DNA from: the human T2T-CHM13v2.0 reference genome, Homo sapiens
Reading direction: 5' to 3' (one strand)
DNA: 64,000 nucleotides
NCBI RefSeq assembly: GCF_009914755.1
Contig: NC_060929.1
Below, one piece after another: positions 1 to 15,660 of the stretch. A program made the position numbers and the translations under genes. The notes beneath the pieces are model-generated. The model searched no databases. It was not told where the DNA came from and was given only the letters and a program-made list of their open reading frames with translations. Each line of letters begins with the position of its first letter. Within the stretch, counting starts at the first letter, position 1.

Positions 1-3000
1 CTTGCATCATGTTTCTATTAGGCAGTGATGGTTTCTTATAACAAGAAAGAAAGTAAGGAAAATAAAAAGAAAAGAAAAAATCTTTATTAACTAGAAGATG
101 GAGAGAGGAGGTGGATCAAGTTGGCCAAATAAATACCTCCACTAGTTGATCACCCACACCTCCACCCCTAGGGACACCAAATTGAACAACTATCCACACA
201 AAAAAGAACCTTCATAAGAATTAAAACTCAGGTGAGCAATCACAGTACCTGGTTTTAACATCATATTAAGGAAAGAGGCACTGAAGAGGGTAAGAAAGAT
301 AGTCTTGAATCACTTACATCACTCCTCCACCATCACCCAGCAGTGGCCATGTGGCACAGGGAATCTTGCAAGAGGGAGAGTGCAGTGACTGTATTAGAAC
401 TCAGTGCTGCCCTGGTCACAGCAGAAAGGAACATGGGCAGAGAATTTGGGCCAGCCCCAACCAGAGGCAAACTGCCCATCCCAGCAGTCAGAACCTGAGT
501 TCTGGCTAGCCCCGCCACTACAGGCTAAAGTGCTCTGGGGTTCTAAACAAACTTGAAAGGCAATTGAGGCCACAAAGACCACAATTCCTGAGCAAGTCCT
601 GGTGCTGTGTTGGGCTCAGAGCCAGTGGACTTGGGGGTCACACAATGTAGTGAGACACCAGCTGGGATGGCAAGGGAGTGCTTGTGTCATTCTTCCCCCA
701 ACCCCAGGCAGTGCAGCTTGCAGCTCTGGGAGAGACTTCCTCCTTCTGCTTGAGGCAACAAGAGGGGAGATTACTGAGGACTTGGTCTTGAAACCTGGAT
801 ACCAGATCAGCTACAGTTGAATACGGTACGAGGCAGGGCCCTGAGGCCCTCATTCCAGGTCCTAGCTCCTGTGTGACAATTCTAGACACACCCTGGGCAG
901 AAGGGAATCCACTGCCTTGAAAGGAAATACCCTGTCTAGGCAGGATTCATCACCTGCTGACTGAAGACTCCTTCAGCTCTGAATAATCAGCAGTGGTAGC
1001 CTGGCAGTATGCACTGCAGGCCTTGGGTGATTCTTAGAACCATGTGGTTTCAGGTGTGACCCAGCAAATTCCCAGCTGTGGTGGCTATGAAGAGAGACTC
1101 CTTCTCTTTGAGGAAATAAGAGGGAAGAGTAGAGGGGACTTTGTCTTGCAGCTTGGGTACCCGCTTAGTCACAAGTTTGTGGAATACAATAGGGTAGAAC
1201 ACCAAGCAGATTCCTGGGGTCCCTGATTCCAGACCCTTGCTCCTGGATGACATCTCTGCACCCACTCGCTGTCCTGAAGGGAAGAACACAAGCCTGGCTG
1301 GATTTGCCACCTGCTAATTAAAGAGCCCTTGGGCCTTGAGTGAACATAGGCAGTAGCAAGGCAGTTGACACTAAGGGTCTTGGTTGACACCCAGTTCTAT
1401 GCTGGTTACAGCTCTGACCAGGCACGGTCCCAGTGGTGGTGAATATAAGAGTGCTGGGGACACCTCTCCCCCAGCTTCAAGCAGCTCGGTACAGAGAAAG
1501 ACTGTTTGTTTGGGGGCAAGTAGGGGAAGAGAACAAGAATCTGCTTGATAATCCAGGGAATTCTGGATCTTCCCTAAGACCACCAAGGCAGTACCTCTAT
1601 GAGTCTGCAAGAGTCACAGCATTACTGGGCTTGGGGTGGCCACTAATGCAGATATGGCTACAGTGACCAAAGACTTAGATCACAGCACCCAAGTTCTTTC
1701 AAATACTTGGAAAGCCTTCCAAAGAAGAATGAGTACAAACAACCACAAGGTGCAAAGACTATGATAAATACCTAATTCTTCAACACCCTGACACCAACGA
1801 ACATCCACAAGCATGTTTACTGATGAACATCTAGGAAAACATGACCTCACCAAAGAAAATAAATAAGGCACCAGAGACCAAACCCAGAGAGACAGAGAGC
1901 TGACCTTTTAGAGAGGATTCAAAATAATTGTTTTGAGGAAGCTCAGTGAAATTCTAGGTACCACAGAGAAGGAATTCAGAATCCTATCAGATAAACTTAA
2001 TAAAGAGGTTGAAATAATTTAAAAGAATCAAGCAGAAATGCTGGAGCTGAAAAATGCAGTTGACATACTGCAGAATGCATCAGAGCCTCTTAACAGCAAA
2101 GCAAAAGAAATAATTTGTGAGCTCAAAGACAGGCTATTTGAAAATACACGGTCAGAGGCAAAGATGACGAAAGAAAAAAGAATGAAGCACACCTACAGGA
2201 TCTAGAAAATAGCCTCAAAAGGCAAATCTAAGAGTTATTGAACTTAACGAGGAGGAAGAGAAAGAGAGATCGGAGTAGAAAGTTTATTCAAAGGGATAAC
2301 AACAGAGAATTTCCCAAACCTAGAGAAAGATATAAATATTTAAATACAAGAAGCTTATAGAACACCAAGCAGATTTAACCCAAATAAGACTACCTCAAAG
2401 CATTTATTTATTAATCAAATTCCCAAAGGTCAAGGATAAAGAAAGGATCCTAAAAGCAGCAAGAAAACAAACAACAACAACAACAAAAATAACATACAAA
2501 GGAGCTCCAAAACATCTGGCAACAGACTTCTCAGGGGAAACCTTACAGGCCGAGAGAGAGTGGCAATGTGATAAGGGAAAAAAATATATATTCCAGAAAG
2601 TATTTCCAGCAAAAATATCCTTCAAACATGAAAGAAGGAGAAATAAAGACTTTTTCAGACAAATGAAAGCTGAGGGATTTCATCAACGCCAGACCTGTCC
2701 TGCAAGAAAAAATAGAGTTCTTCAATCTGAAATAAAAGTACATTAATGATCAATAAGAAATCATCTGAAGGTACAAAATTCACTGTTAATGTAAGTATGC
2801 AGAAAAATACAGACTATTTTAACTCTGTAATTGTGGTGTGTAAACTTCATATCTTGAGTAGAAAGACTGAAAGATGAACCTATCAAAAATAATACCTACT
2901 ACAACTTTTCAAGACATTGTATAATAAGATATAAATAGAAAAAACAAAAACTTAAAAAGCAGCGAGATAAAGTTAAAGCATATAGTTTTTACTAGCTTTC

Positions 3001-4063
3001 TCTTTGCTTGTTTATCAGTCTGTTTATACAATCAGTGTTAAGCTGTCCTCAGTTTAAAATAGTGGGTTATAAGATAGTCTTGGCAAGTCTCATGTTAACT
3101 TGAAATAAAAAAAAAGAAATAAAACAAATAAATAAAAAATAAAAAGCAAGAAAATCAAACATATTACCAGGAAAAAATTACCTTCACTAAAAGGAAGACA
3201 GGAAGGAAGGAAAGAAGAAAGAAGAGACCACAAAACAACCAGAAAACAAATAACAAAATGACAACAGTAAGTCCTTACTTATCAATAATAACATTGATGG
3301 TAAATAGACTAAACTCTCCAATCAAAATACATAGAGTGGTTGAATGGATAAGAAACCCACACCCAGTGATCTATTGCCTACAAGAAACACACTTCATCTA
3401 TAAAGATACACATAGACTGAAAATAAAAGGATGGAAAAAGATATTCCATGCCAATGGAAACCAAAAGAGAGCAGGAGTAGCTATACTTGTATCAGACAAA
3501 ATATATTTAAAAACAAAAACCTTAAGAGACAAAGGAGGGCATTATATAATGATAAAGGAGTCAATTCAGCAAGAGGATATAACAATTATAAATATATATG
3601 CATTCAACACTGGAGCACCCAGATATAAAGCAAATATTATTAAAGTTAAACAGAGAGATAGACCTCAATACAATAATAGCTGGAGACTGTAACACCCTAC
3701 TTTTAGCACTGGACAGATTGCCCAGACAGAAAATCATCAAAGAAACATTGAATTTAATCTGTACTACATATCAAATGGACCTAATAGATATTTACAGAAT
3801 ATTTCATCCAATGGCAACAGAAAACACATTCTTCTTTACAGTACATCGATTATTCTCAAGGAGATACCATATGTTAAAGCATATAACAAGTGTTAAAACA
3901 TTTAAAAAATTAAAGTTATATCGAGTATCTTATCTGATCACAGTGGAATAAAACTAGAAATCAGTCACAAGTGATATTTTGGAAATGATACAAACACATG
4001 GAAATTAAACAATATGCTCCTGAATAACTAGTGGGCCATTTAAAAAATAAGAAAGACATTCAA

Positions 4064-4455
<392 letters not shown>

Positions 4456-5605
4456 TTATAGCAATAAGTGCCTACATCAACAAAGTAGAAAAACTATGAA
4501 TAAACAACTTAACAATGCACCTTAAAGAATTAGAGAAGCAAGAGCAAACCAAACCCAAAATTAGTAGAAGAAAAGTAATAATAAAGATCAGAGTAGAAAT
4601 ACAGAAAAAAGAGAGAAGACCCAAATAAGTAGAATCAAAGATGAAAAAGGAAATGTTATAACTGTTATCACAGAAATTCAAAGGCTCATTAGATGCTTCT
4701 ATGAACAATTATATGCTAATAAAATAGAAAACCTAGAAATGGATAAATTCCTAGACAAACACAACCTACCATGAATGAACCATGAAGAAATCCAAAACCT
4801 GAACAGACAAATAACAGGTAACAAGATCAAAGCTGTGATAAACCTTTTTCCAGCAAAGAAAAGCCAGGACCTGATGGCTTCACTGCTGAATTCTACCAAA
4901 CATTTAAGGAAAAACTAATACAAATCCTACTCAACTTATTCCAAAAAATAAAGGAGTAGGGAATACTTCTAAACTCATTCTATGAGGTTAGTATTACCCT
5001 GATACAAATACCAGACAAAGATTCATCAAAAATAGAAAACTATAGGTCAATATCCCTGATGACCATTGAGGCAAAAATCCTCAACAATATACTAGCAAAC
5101 CAAATTCAACAACACATTAAAAAGTTCATTCATCATGACCAAGTGAGATTTATCCCAGGAATTCAAAGATGGTTCAACATATGTAAATCAATCAATGTGA
5201 TACATCATATTAATAGAACGGAGGACAAAAACCATATGATAATTTCAATTGATGCTAAAAAAGCATTTGGTAAAATTCAGCATCCTTCATGATAAATACT
5301 CTTAAAAAATTGGGTATAGAAGAAATGCAACTGAACAAAATAGAAGGTATATTTAACAGACCCACAGCTAGTATCAAACTGAATGGGGTAAAACAGAAAG
5401 CTTTGTCTCTGAGATCTGGAAGAAGACAAGGATGTGTACTTTCACCACTGTTATTCAACATAGCCCTAAAAGTTCTAGCTAGAGCTTTCAGACAAGAGAA
5501 GGAAATAAAGAGACAAAGAGCATCCAAATTAGAAAGGAAGAAGTCAAATTATCCTTGTTTGAAGATGATAGAATCTTATATTTGGTAAAACCTAAAGACT
5601 CCAGC

Positions 5606-5630
5606 AAAAAAAAAAAAAAAAAAAAAAAAA
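5606..5630 (+). repeat. A25 homopolymer inside L1 ORF2
   Basis: 25 consecutive A at a normally short A-run of L1. Confidence 0.9.
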
Positions 5631-6167
5631 TCCTATCAGAACTGAAAAATTCAGTAAAGTTGTAGGATACAAAATTCATCATACAAAAATCAGTAGTATT
5701 TCTATTGCCAATAGCAAACAATCTGAAAAAGAAATCAAGAACATAATCCCATTTACAATAACTACAAAGAAAATAAAATGCTTGGGAATAAACTTAACCA
5801 AAGAAGTGAAAGATCTCTACAATGAAAACTAGAAAACATTGATGCAAAAAATTGAAGAGGACATAAAAATATAGAAAGATATTCCATGTTCACGGATTGG
5901 AAGAATCAATATTATTAAAAATGTCCGTACTTCCCAAAGCAACCTACAGATTCAATGCAATCCCTATCAAAATACCAATGACATTCTTCACAGAAATAGA
6001 AAAAAAAATCCTAAAATTTATATGGGATTGTAAAAGACCCAGAAAAGACAAAGCTATCCTGAGCAAAAAGAACAAAATGGGAGGAATCACATTACCTGAC
6101 TTCAAATTATACTACAGAGTTTTAATAACCAACACAGCATGGTATTGGCATAAAAACAGATGCACAG

Positions 6168-6691
<524 letters not shown>

Positions 6692-7457
6692 TTAAATCTA
6701 AGACCTCAAACTATAAAACTACTAAACAAAAACATTGGGGAAACTCTCTAGGGCTTTGGTCTGGGCAAAGATTTCTTGAGTAATATATCATAAGTACAGG
6801 CAACCAAAGCAAAAATGGACAAATGAGATCATATCAAGTGACCAAGATTCTGCACAGCAACAGAAACAATAGAAAAGGAGAAGAGGCAACCCACAGAATG
6901 GGAGAAAATATTTGGAAACTACCCATTTGACACAGGATTAATAACCAAAATATATAAAGAGCTCAAATAATTCAACAGAAAAAATCTAACAGTCTAATTT
7001 AAAAATGGGCAAAATATCATTTCTCAAAAAAAAAGAGACAAACAAATGGCAAACAGGCAAATAAAAAGATGTTCAAGATAATTGATCATCAGAGAAATGC
7101 AAATTAAAATCACAATTAGATATCATCTCACCCCATATAAAATGACTTTTATCCAAAAGACAGGCAAGAGCAAATGCTGGAGAGGATATACAGGAAAGGA
7201 AACCCCTGTCAACTGTTGGTAGGAATGTAAATTAGTACAACCACTATGGAAAACAGTTTGAAGCTTCCTCAAAACACCAGAAATAGAACTACCATATGAT
7301 CCAGAAATCCCACTGCTTAGTATAAAACCCAAAAGAAAGAAAATAAGTATATCAAAGAGATATTTGCACATTTATTCCAGTATTATTCACAATAGCAAAG
7401 ATTTGGAAGCAACTTAAGCATCCATCAACAGACAAATGGATAAAGAAAATGTGTTAC

Positions 7458-7820
7458 CATATTAGTCCGTTCTCATGCTGCTAATAAAGACATACCTGAG
7501 ACTGGGTAATTTATAAAGGAAAGAGATTTAATTGACTCACAGTTCTGCATGGCTGGGAAGGCCTCAGGAACTTGCAATCATGGTGGAAGGCACCTCTTCA
7601 CAGGGTGGCAGGAGAGAGAATGAGTGCAAGCAGGGGAAATGCCAGATGTTTATAAAACCATCACATTTCATGAGACTCACTCATTATCACGAGAACAGCA
7701 TGGGGAAACCACCCCCAGGATTCAATAACCTCCACCTGGTCCTGCCCTTGTCATGTGGGGATTATAGGGACTACAATTTAAGGTGAGATTTGAGTGGAGC
7801 CACAGAGCCAAACCATATCA
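7458..7820 (-). mobile_element. THE1 (THE1C-like) MaLR solo LTR
   Basis: Ends ...GCCAAACCATATCA (reverse complement of the TGATATGGTTTGGC LTR start); typical THE1 body; 5-bp TSD GTTAC at 7453-7457 and 7821-7825. Confidence 0.92.
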
Positions 7821-10129
7821 GTTACCTATACACAATGGAATACTATTCAGCCATAAAAAGAGTGAGATCCTGTCATTCGCAACAACATGAATGGAACTGG
7901 AGGTCATCATGTTAAGTGAAATAAGCCGGGCACAGAAAGACAAACTTTTCATGTTCTCATTTATTTGTGGGAAATAAAAATTAAAACAATTGAACTCATA
8001 GAGACAGAGAGTAGAATGATGGTTACCAGAGGCTGGGAAGAGTAGTAGAGTTGTGTGGGAGAAGTGGGATGGTTAATGGGTACAAAAATACAGTTAGAAT
8101 GAATCACATCTAGTATTTGATGGCATAACAGGGTGACTGCAGTCAACAATAATTTATTGTATATTTCAAAATAACTAAAGAGTAATTGGTTTGTTTGTAA
8201 AACAAAGAAAGGATAAATGCTTGAGGTTATAATTATTAAGCATTGTATGCCTGTATCAAAATATCTTAAGTAACCCCTGTATATCGATACCTACTATGTA
8301 CTCACAATTTTTTTTTCAAAAAAGTAAGACAAAACAAAAAACTAGAAGATGTAAGCCTTAAAAGATCTTATGGTGGCATAGTCCTTACTACAGACAATAT
8401 AAATGGCAAAAAATGTCAGGTACTTATCAAATGCTCAGTTAATACCAGCTTGTATTATCTATTTGTTAATGATGATCTCTCACATTTTAGGCACTATACT
8501 GGGTGCTCCAGTTGCAATTATTAACAAATAATCCATTCTATTCAGAAGTTCCCAGTCTAATGAGGAATACAAACAAGAAAAAATATTGCAAACTTTTATA
8601 TATCCTATATTATATTGTTCTTATGGACCTAAAATATATTGTTTTTATTTTCTTTTAAAAAGTGTGGCATACCTCTCCACATCTGACACTTATTAGAACA
8701 ATAAACAATAGTTTCCATTTTGTTATTGTGAAAAATGAACAGCAGTGGGATATTGAAAGGCAGTTTAATTCCTTCGGTTAAAAAAAAATGTTATTTACTA
8801 ATATGCTGCAAAGGTGTTCAGTAATAAAAGTTAATTTAAAGGCACTCATCTGGCATTTATTTCTACATCATACTATCATTCTCACACAAAATCATCCCTG
8901 AATCCTTCCACAATACTTCATGATACTATGGTCCTTTATGTAGTTATGTTTGTATATATGCATGAGTGAGAGAGCAAATACGTTAATTTTTGAGCAGTCA
9001 TAACATTTTTCCTTCCCCTTCCACCAGGCTTCTAAGAAGCAGCCTTGCTGCTTGGGCAGCTCCAAGCCTGGCCTTTTGTCCTGGTGATGAGAATAAGAGC
9101 AGAGCTGCACAATTTACATTTTAAAGGAAATGGAGCCCTGGCCCTGACCAATCCCAGAGGGAGGAGGAAGACAGAAGAAAAGGTTTACAGAAGCCAGAGT
9201 TAGGAATTAGAGTTTGGGGGAGTGAAGAGAGAAAAAGGAAACAGTGAACTGTTACCATGGCGAGCTGTGCAAGATGCTGAGATCTGAGACGAAATTGAAA
9301 TACTGAGATATTGATAAGGGCTGAGGCGATACTGAGATCTGGAGAGAGAAGAGGGAAGAAGGCAGTGTGGGTGGAGGCAGGAAGACTCCTAGAAACCTTG
9401 CTGAGGGTTGTATAAGCTCTAGGTGATTTTCAGAGACACTGCAACAAGGATTTAAAATGCTTTTGTTAATTTATCCTGTGAGACTGGTGTTGCTACTGGC
9501 TATGTAGCCATGTGACACTGTGGGTGAGAGCAGCTCCACGCAGCCCAGGTTTCTCTGGTTCTGTGTTACTTCCCTACTGGACTCAGTCTTGAAAGTGAAG
9601 ACTCTGCTAAACTTCTCTGCAGTGCAGCAGCCACTACGGTGGACCCTAGCACCCGAACCCTAGGGGATGCTCCATAAATACAGGTTGAATTAAATCATCA
9701 GGGTCTGGAAGTGGATTCATTGTAGGCATCTCTGAAAACGAAATAGGCACAGCAACCGATTGCATAAATGTGTCTGTGTGGCTCTATGTCGTGATAAAGT
9801 ACCAAGCCAAGCAAGCATAACTTCCTACATTTTTGTGCTTGTGATGCCGACAGCTGTTTCAGACCTGGTTTACAGGTTTTACTCAGGTTTCTTGTTTGTT
9901 TTAAATGTTCAGTTGTCCTTCACAATAAATACATATTCTCAGCTCAAATGCACAAGCTTACTTTGCTGCAGCCGCCACCTCCTCTTGCCCCAGAATTGTG
10001 GGGGGCCGGGTAAACAGGGAGGAAATTACCTAGTAGCAGGATTTGCCCACCACTTTGCCAGCACAGGCCAATTAAGGAAAGGGCAAAAGAAGGTATAGTC
10101 TCCTGGAAGCCTGGGAGAAGCTGCAGAGT

Positions 10130-10255
10130 TCTGGGTAGGCTGCACATTGGAATCACTGGCAGCTTAAAAAAATGAAAACACTTGTTTAGGCCCAATCCAG
10201 AAAATTCAAGTTGAATTCCTGGGCATCTGAAATTTTTTAAAGTCCCAGGGACTTC
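10130..10255. mobile_element. MER5-like hAT-Charlie fragment
   Basis: GGCTGCACATTGGAATCACTGG..., ...TTTTTAAAGTCCCAGG resemble MER5 motifs; degraded. Confidence 0.45.
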
Positions 10256-10418
10256 AGAGACAGAAACACTCTCCTCATCCTCCTAACCAAGTTGGAGTCT
10301 TCACTTTCCACATGATGCAATTGGTTATGCCTGCAGGCCTCTAGGCCTCTACAATTTAGTTAGTAGCCTGGGGCTGTGAATCTAAAGGAAGCTTTGCTAC
10401 TGTTACTTTGACCCTAAC

Positions 10419-10551
10419 TAGGGAGATCTGATGCCCTGGTTTGCCATGGCCAATCCCAAGTCATGCTGTTATCTTGGAAAAATTATTAATAGCTCCCACT
10501 TTTACTCTTAGAAGAGTCCAGGTTTGGATGGTAAATTATATGGTCACTCTA
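10419..10551 (-). mobile_element. MER94 (hAT-Blackjack MITE)
   Basis: TAGGG...AATTATTAATAGC...GGTTTGGATGGTAAATTATATGGTCACTCTA follows the MER94 reverse complement, with degenerate TIRs. Confidence 0.75.
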
Positions 10552-11884
10552 TACATAACATTTAAGGAAAGCCAAGCCTAGGATAATGTTTACCTAGGAT
10601 GTCTTCCAGCAACAATTTCAAAATTCTTTCACTCTTTTTCTTCCTCAATTGTCTTTCTTTCCAGTCTTTCTCCTTTCTCTTTCGTCAGATAAGGCTTAAA
10701 TATCCTCCAAACAGCTCATTTCCTCACCTCACTCCTCATCCCAATCCCCTAGAAATTTTTCTTCTCATCTCCATGTTTCTGGAGTCCATGTTGAGACTAC
10801 AGCTTGAAGATTTTTTATCTTGTTTGCCTTGTTTGGGGGCAAGGAGAGAAGGAAGTGTCCTGAAGCTCTGTGTGGCCAGACTACCCTGGACTCTTCCCCA
10901 GACCCTGGAAGACTAGAGAAATGGTCTATCAAGCATGATGTGTACAGGAAATGTGCTATGGCTGACGAGCGAATCAGGCACTGTCAAATGAAGACTGAGC
11001 CAAGTGTGAGGCTCAGACCACTACCAGCAGAGGAACAAGTTGACCCATGGGTCTTCCAGATTAAGCGAAATCACAGACTTCTCACAAAGGAATGCAAGGG
11101 CCAGAAACGGCCATCTTATTGGTCCCACCTGTCCTGTAAGGTTTTGAGCTCAACGTTTCTCCTTGAGTTGGACTCTATACTTTCAATCCAAAAGCCTGTG
11201 TCTGATATTTCTTGCCCTTTGATTCTGGGTTTGCATTTTCTCTACCTTTGCTTCATGTCCTAACTCCCACACATTGTATTAATAATACCACCAGCTTGGA
11301 CTGATGCCTACCTCATGGAGCTCTTCCTGGATTCCATTTATATTTGTGGTGATTTCTCAATAACATAGGCCAGGACTAAGAACTCACCACTTGGGGCAAA
11401 GATGATGCACAGTCTAATTCAATGGCAAAGAGCCTTTGACATGGTTATAAATGTAGTCGAGTTTCCTTCATTTTTACTACCTGGTCTGTCCTCTACTCAC
11501 CAAAGTTCAGATTTCTCTGCAGGGGTGATACTAGGAAGCAGACCGGAGCCTCTGAATCTGCTTTTACTTTATAGTGTGGCTCTTCCCTTGACTCCTTCCC
11601 TTCCATTTAGTCACAGCTCAATCTCTACTCTCAGCGCATTTTCTCCCACCCTCCAAAATGGCCTCAGCTCCTTCTCATATGAATTGCTCTATTAGTTTAT
11701 GCAGCAAGGATTGGGTTACGTTTACCAACAAGCACTTGCAGTTGCAGAACTCAATTGCAATGGAGCAGGGGTCTATCCCCTTAAATGACTGTAGTGGGCA
11801 GACCCACAGGTGTCCAATAGGCTGGGTGCACACTAGAGCAAGCTGGCAGGTGCCAGACCTGTCTAAAGCATACATTCTCCTGTA

Positions 11885-12070
11885 GTAGACTGTTGCCATG
11901 GAGGAATGCTGGCCAAAAAAGCCATATCTTTTCATTTTTCAGAAAAGAAAAATAATTTAGATTCTTATGAGCAATCTACTAATTTTTAAGAATATTGGCA
12001 ACTCATTTAAAAAGATTTGAATTCCATCTAATCAGTGAGTAGAATCTTGTTCTCTGGCTGCCAGTTTCCA
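11885..12070. mobile_element. MER103-like DNA transposon fragment
   Basis: GCCATATCTTTTCATTTTTCAGAAAAG...AATATTGGCAACT resembles the MER103C core. Confidence 0.5.
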
Positions 12071-12693
12071 GTGGTCTTTGTAGTGTATTGAAAGATATGC
12101 TTTTATGTGATGTGACTTTAAGATTGAAAAATCATCTGAGGCAACCCAACATGAAGTCAAGTGGTGTGAAATTCTAAAGAACACCCCGGAAACCTACAGA
12201 TGCTGGTATTTATGCATGAAAACAACAGTAGCAACAACGGGGATTCCTATTAAGTGACAAACAGCCACTTAAGAAAATCTTTTAATGAAAGGATATTTTA
12301 AACATCCCATAAAAGGTCCACTGTGCATTCTTTTGTGTGTGAACACTTCATTTTTCATAAACATAAAGCCTCTAATTGTCTTCCATTTTAAAACATCTTC
12401 GTCAGCAAGGATATCAAGCAGACAGTTACAGGGAAAAATAATGACACTGTAAAGGTTGACAGTGAAATCAGTTAATCTCTTATCCCTTATGACAGTTTAC
12501 ATTTTGAGTGACAACTAAGGTTATCTATTTTGCAAATATTACAGCTTTATTCTTGAGCAAAGTGATAGGAAAACACATCATTTTCCACTGTACACTGGAC
12601 ATTATCTTGAAAAAATAAACCAGATGTAATGTTTTAAATACAAATATTTCAACATGGGATGGCAAAAATGGCCAACTGATTAAAACTCCAGAC

Positions 12694-12903
12694 CAGGGTT
12701 TTTCAACCTCAGTACCATTGACGTTTTGGGTCTTTGATGGGGTTCGGGGTGTCCTGCAGGCTGTTCAGCATTATCCCTGGCCTCTACCAACTAGATGCTA
12801 GCAGGACTCTCTCCCCAACCTGTTTGTAACAATCAAAAAAACATTGTCAGACATTGCCATATGTCTCCTGGGGCCCAAATTTGCCCCCAGTTGAGAACCA
12901 TTT
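12694..12903. mobile_element. MER20 (hAT-Charlie)
   Basis: CAGGGTTTTTCAACC...GTTGAGAACCA TIRs; internal GACATTGCCATATGTC; 8-bp TSD CTCCAGAC/CTCCAGAG at 12686-12693 and 12904-12911. Confidence 0.85.
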
Positions 12904-13850
12904 CTCCAGAGGAATTGTTGGACTTCGCAACTTGGATTATGATTCTCCAAGAGAGTCTTAAAGTGGCAGTTCACACAGTTCACACAAGAGGAGAGAAACT
13001 GGAGAAAGCATTAGCACTGGCTTCTTCTGAGTCCTCAGCGGCATCTGGGGGTTGAGAAGGACAGTCTTTGAAGCATGAACAGTGAATATATACTGACAAG
13101 AAAGTTATTGTGGAGGACAGGAGGGGTAGGCCCCAGATGGAAAATCCACTCTTCTCCTTGAAAATAATGCCTGAACAAGCAGGAACCAATAGAGATTAGG
13201 CCAGCCAGTGACATCTCCTGGTAGATTCCAAACTACAGATGAGGAACTCCAACTTTCCTCCAGCCAAGTCTGAGGTGAATTTAACATATTGAAAGATGTG
13301 ATGATACAGAAAAGTTAGACATTTAATAAGGAGTTCCTTTTCTTTTCATTTTGGAAAGAAAACATTTTTCCAGAAAAACTTGAAAGGTTATAATAGTGGT
13401 TTGAAATCAGTAACTCTCAATTTTTTCTTTGTGGTTATGGAAGAAATCATCAATTCCATTTCTCAGTAGAACCTCATAAACACAATAGGTCAAATGCCAG
13501 AACAGAAATTAAATGGCTGTGTGATCCTCAAGGGAAGACATACTTTAACTATGAAGTATTCACACCAAACCATGAGAGCAGCACAGGAAAGAGAATGAAC
13601 TAGAGTATGTGGTGTTCATATTTTCTGTTTTGACAGCACTGTTTATCAAAATAACTACAATTTTCAAAGAAAAGACTATTTAATTTTTACTATATTGCTT
13701 TTCTGTCTGAAAGGAACTATAAAGAATAAGTTCACTAAGTTTTGGGTTGAGTTTTAGTTGATTTAACATGTTTCAGCACAGTTAAATGTTTCAACATGCT
13801 ATCTTTTAGTATTCTTTTTGTGAAATTTTGTTAGCTTACTATCTGTTTTG

Positions 13851-14174
13851 ATGATACTGTAATGGTAGGTACCTTTCATTATACATTTCTCAAAACCCAT
13901 CAAATGTACAACACAAGAGTCAACCCTAATGTAAACTGTAGACTTTAGTTAATAATGTATCAATATTGGTTTATCGGTTATAATAAATGTACTGCACTAA
14001 TGCAAGATGTTAAAAATAGGGGAAACTGTAAGGTGAGGTAGGAGAGGGTGTGGGTGGAATTTTCCATACTTTCCACTTACATTTTCTATAGACCTAAAAC
14101 TGCTCTAAAAATGAAAGTCTATTAATTTTTTTAAAAAATCAATTAATTTTTAAAAACAGTCTATTAGTTTAAAA
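13851..14174 (+). mobile_element. 5'-truncated L1MC/L1MD-type 3' end
   Basis: AACCCTAATGTAAACT...AAATGTAC..CACTAATGCAAGATG 3'UTR motifs; candidate TSD ATCTGTTTTG at 13841-13850 and 14175-14184. Confidence 0.8.
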
Positions 14175-15049
14175 ATCTGTTTTGTAAATTTTACAATAAA
14201 AAACCCCAACAGTATTAAAATTGTCCTTTAAATCAGGCTTTTGGGAACTGAGCCTCATTGCTCATTGCCCTTCCTTGCTGCAAGATGACTGCCCAAGATG
14301 AAGTGGAATGAGGACAGAACTTCCTTCCTTGTCCAAGCCTGGCCACTGAGCACTCTCATCCAAGCTCCTGGAAAATAGAATTGGAGTACTGCAAATAGTG
14401 GACCTCACACTGCATTATATTTTGTGTTTTCTTCATTTCAGCAATTTTATATGCTTTTATGTTTTACTCTCACAGAATTACTTTTGAAGAAATATTTCCT
14501 CATAATTTTTGTAATACATTTTACACGATAGGTAGAATTTGGGTTTCTAATTAATGGTATATAATACTAGCTAGAGAAACAGTAACTTATGTTGAGAGAG
14601 AGAGCTTTTTCTTGGTCTTTATGCAACAGCAAAGAAGTTATTATGCTGAAATACAGTAAGTGTGTTTTCTCAGTGGCATTCTATTCACCTTGTTGTAAAA
14701 ATATATATATAAGTCTCAGTTTTAGTCTCTGGCACAATGGGAGATTTTTCAACATAGAAGCTTCTTGGCTGGTTGTCACAGAGGAATCTCTAGGCTAATT
14801 AAACCCTCATCAGTCAGAGGAGGGCTCAGAGCAGGGCTTCATAGTAGCTGCCCTGAGGGGAGCTAGACAATCTAAAGAAAGTTTTCAATGATCCTGTATT
14901 CAGAGGATAGACTGTCTAGCTGCAAGGCTAGAGCCTACATTTATGACAAAGGTTCAGCACATACCCAAAGCAGCTAATAGTAAAGGCAACTGAATTCAAG
15001 AGCAATCTGGAGTTGAAGAGTGCCAAATACTTACAGAGTTAGGAGGCAC

Positions 15050-15175
15050 AGAAAAGTGGTGAACTCATGAGCTCTGGAGTCCATAGAAACTCGGGTTCTA
15101 CTCCAAGCTGTGTAAACTTGGGCAGGTTACTTCACTTCTTTGGGTCTCAAATCCCACATCTGTGGAATGAGAAAA
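15050..15175 (+). mobile_element. MIR
   Basis: GCTGTGTAAACTTGGGCAGGTTACTTCACTTC MIR core. Confidence 0.75.
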
Positions 15176-15494
15176 GTTGAGGTCATGTCTCTCAAGAGCC
15201 AGGTAAAGTATAGTAAGTGAGGGTCATATTGCAGTTGTTAAGAGTAGTAGTAGCAGTAGCATCAGTAGTTACATCCTGAAAAAGGTGCACATTTCCAAGA
15301 AGTTGAGACGTAACTCAGTGGAAAGTAAGGAGGCTGGCTTACAAGATGGAAGCTTGTATTTCCAAGGCAGTAGGAAGGAACAAGTCAATGTTTTGAGGTA
15401 AGACTAAGAAAGGGAATTTCATTTGAGGAATTTATATGAAGTACAGTTGATCCAGTGTTATAATGTAGGGAATGCTATCCGAAGGTTTGGTAGA

Positions 15495-15660
15495 GCAGTG
15501 CAAAAGGCAAAAAGAGAATTCGTTCAAGAATCAGAAGACCTGAAGTCTAGACTAGGCTTTACCTTCCGGGTCCTAATTCCTCTCCTGGCTAGCTGTGTGA
15601 CACTCTGGGCAGGGCAAATCCTCTCTGGGACTCAAGTCATTCATCCATGAGATAGGATGT
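15495..15660 (+). mobile_element. MIR/MIR3 fragment
   Basis: AATCAGAAGACCTG...CTAGCTGTGTGAC..GGGCA core. Confidence 0.6.

Noticed and set aside
8960-9520. Possible ancient LTR (CCAAT box, purine-rich body, ends TGACA)
   Set aside because: Could not match a family or find a TSD by eye.
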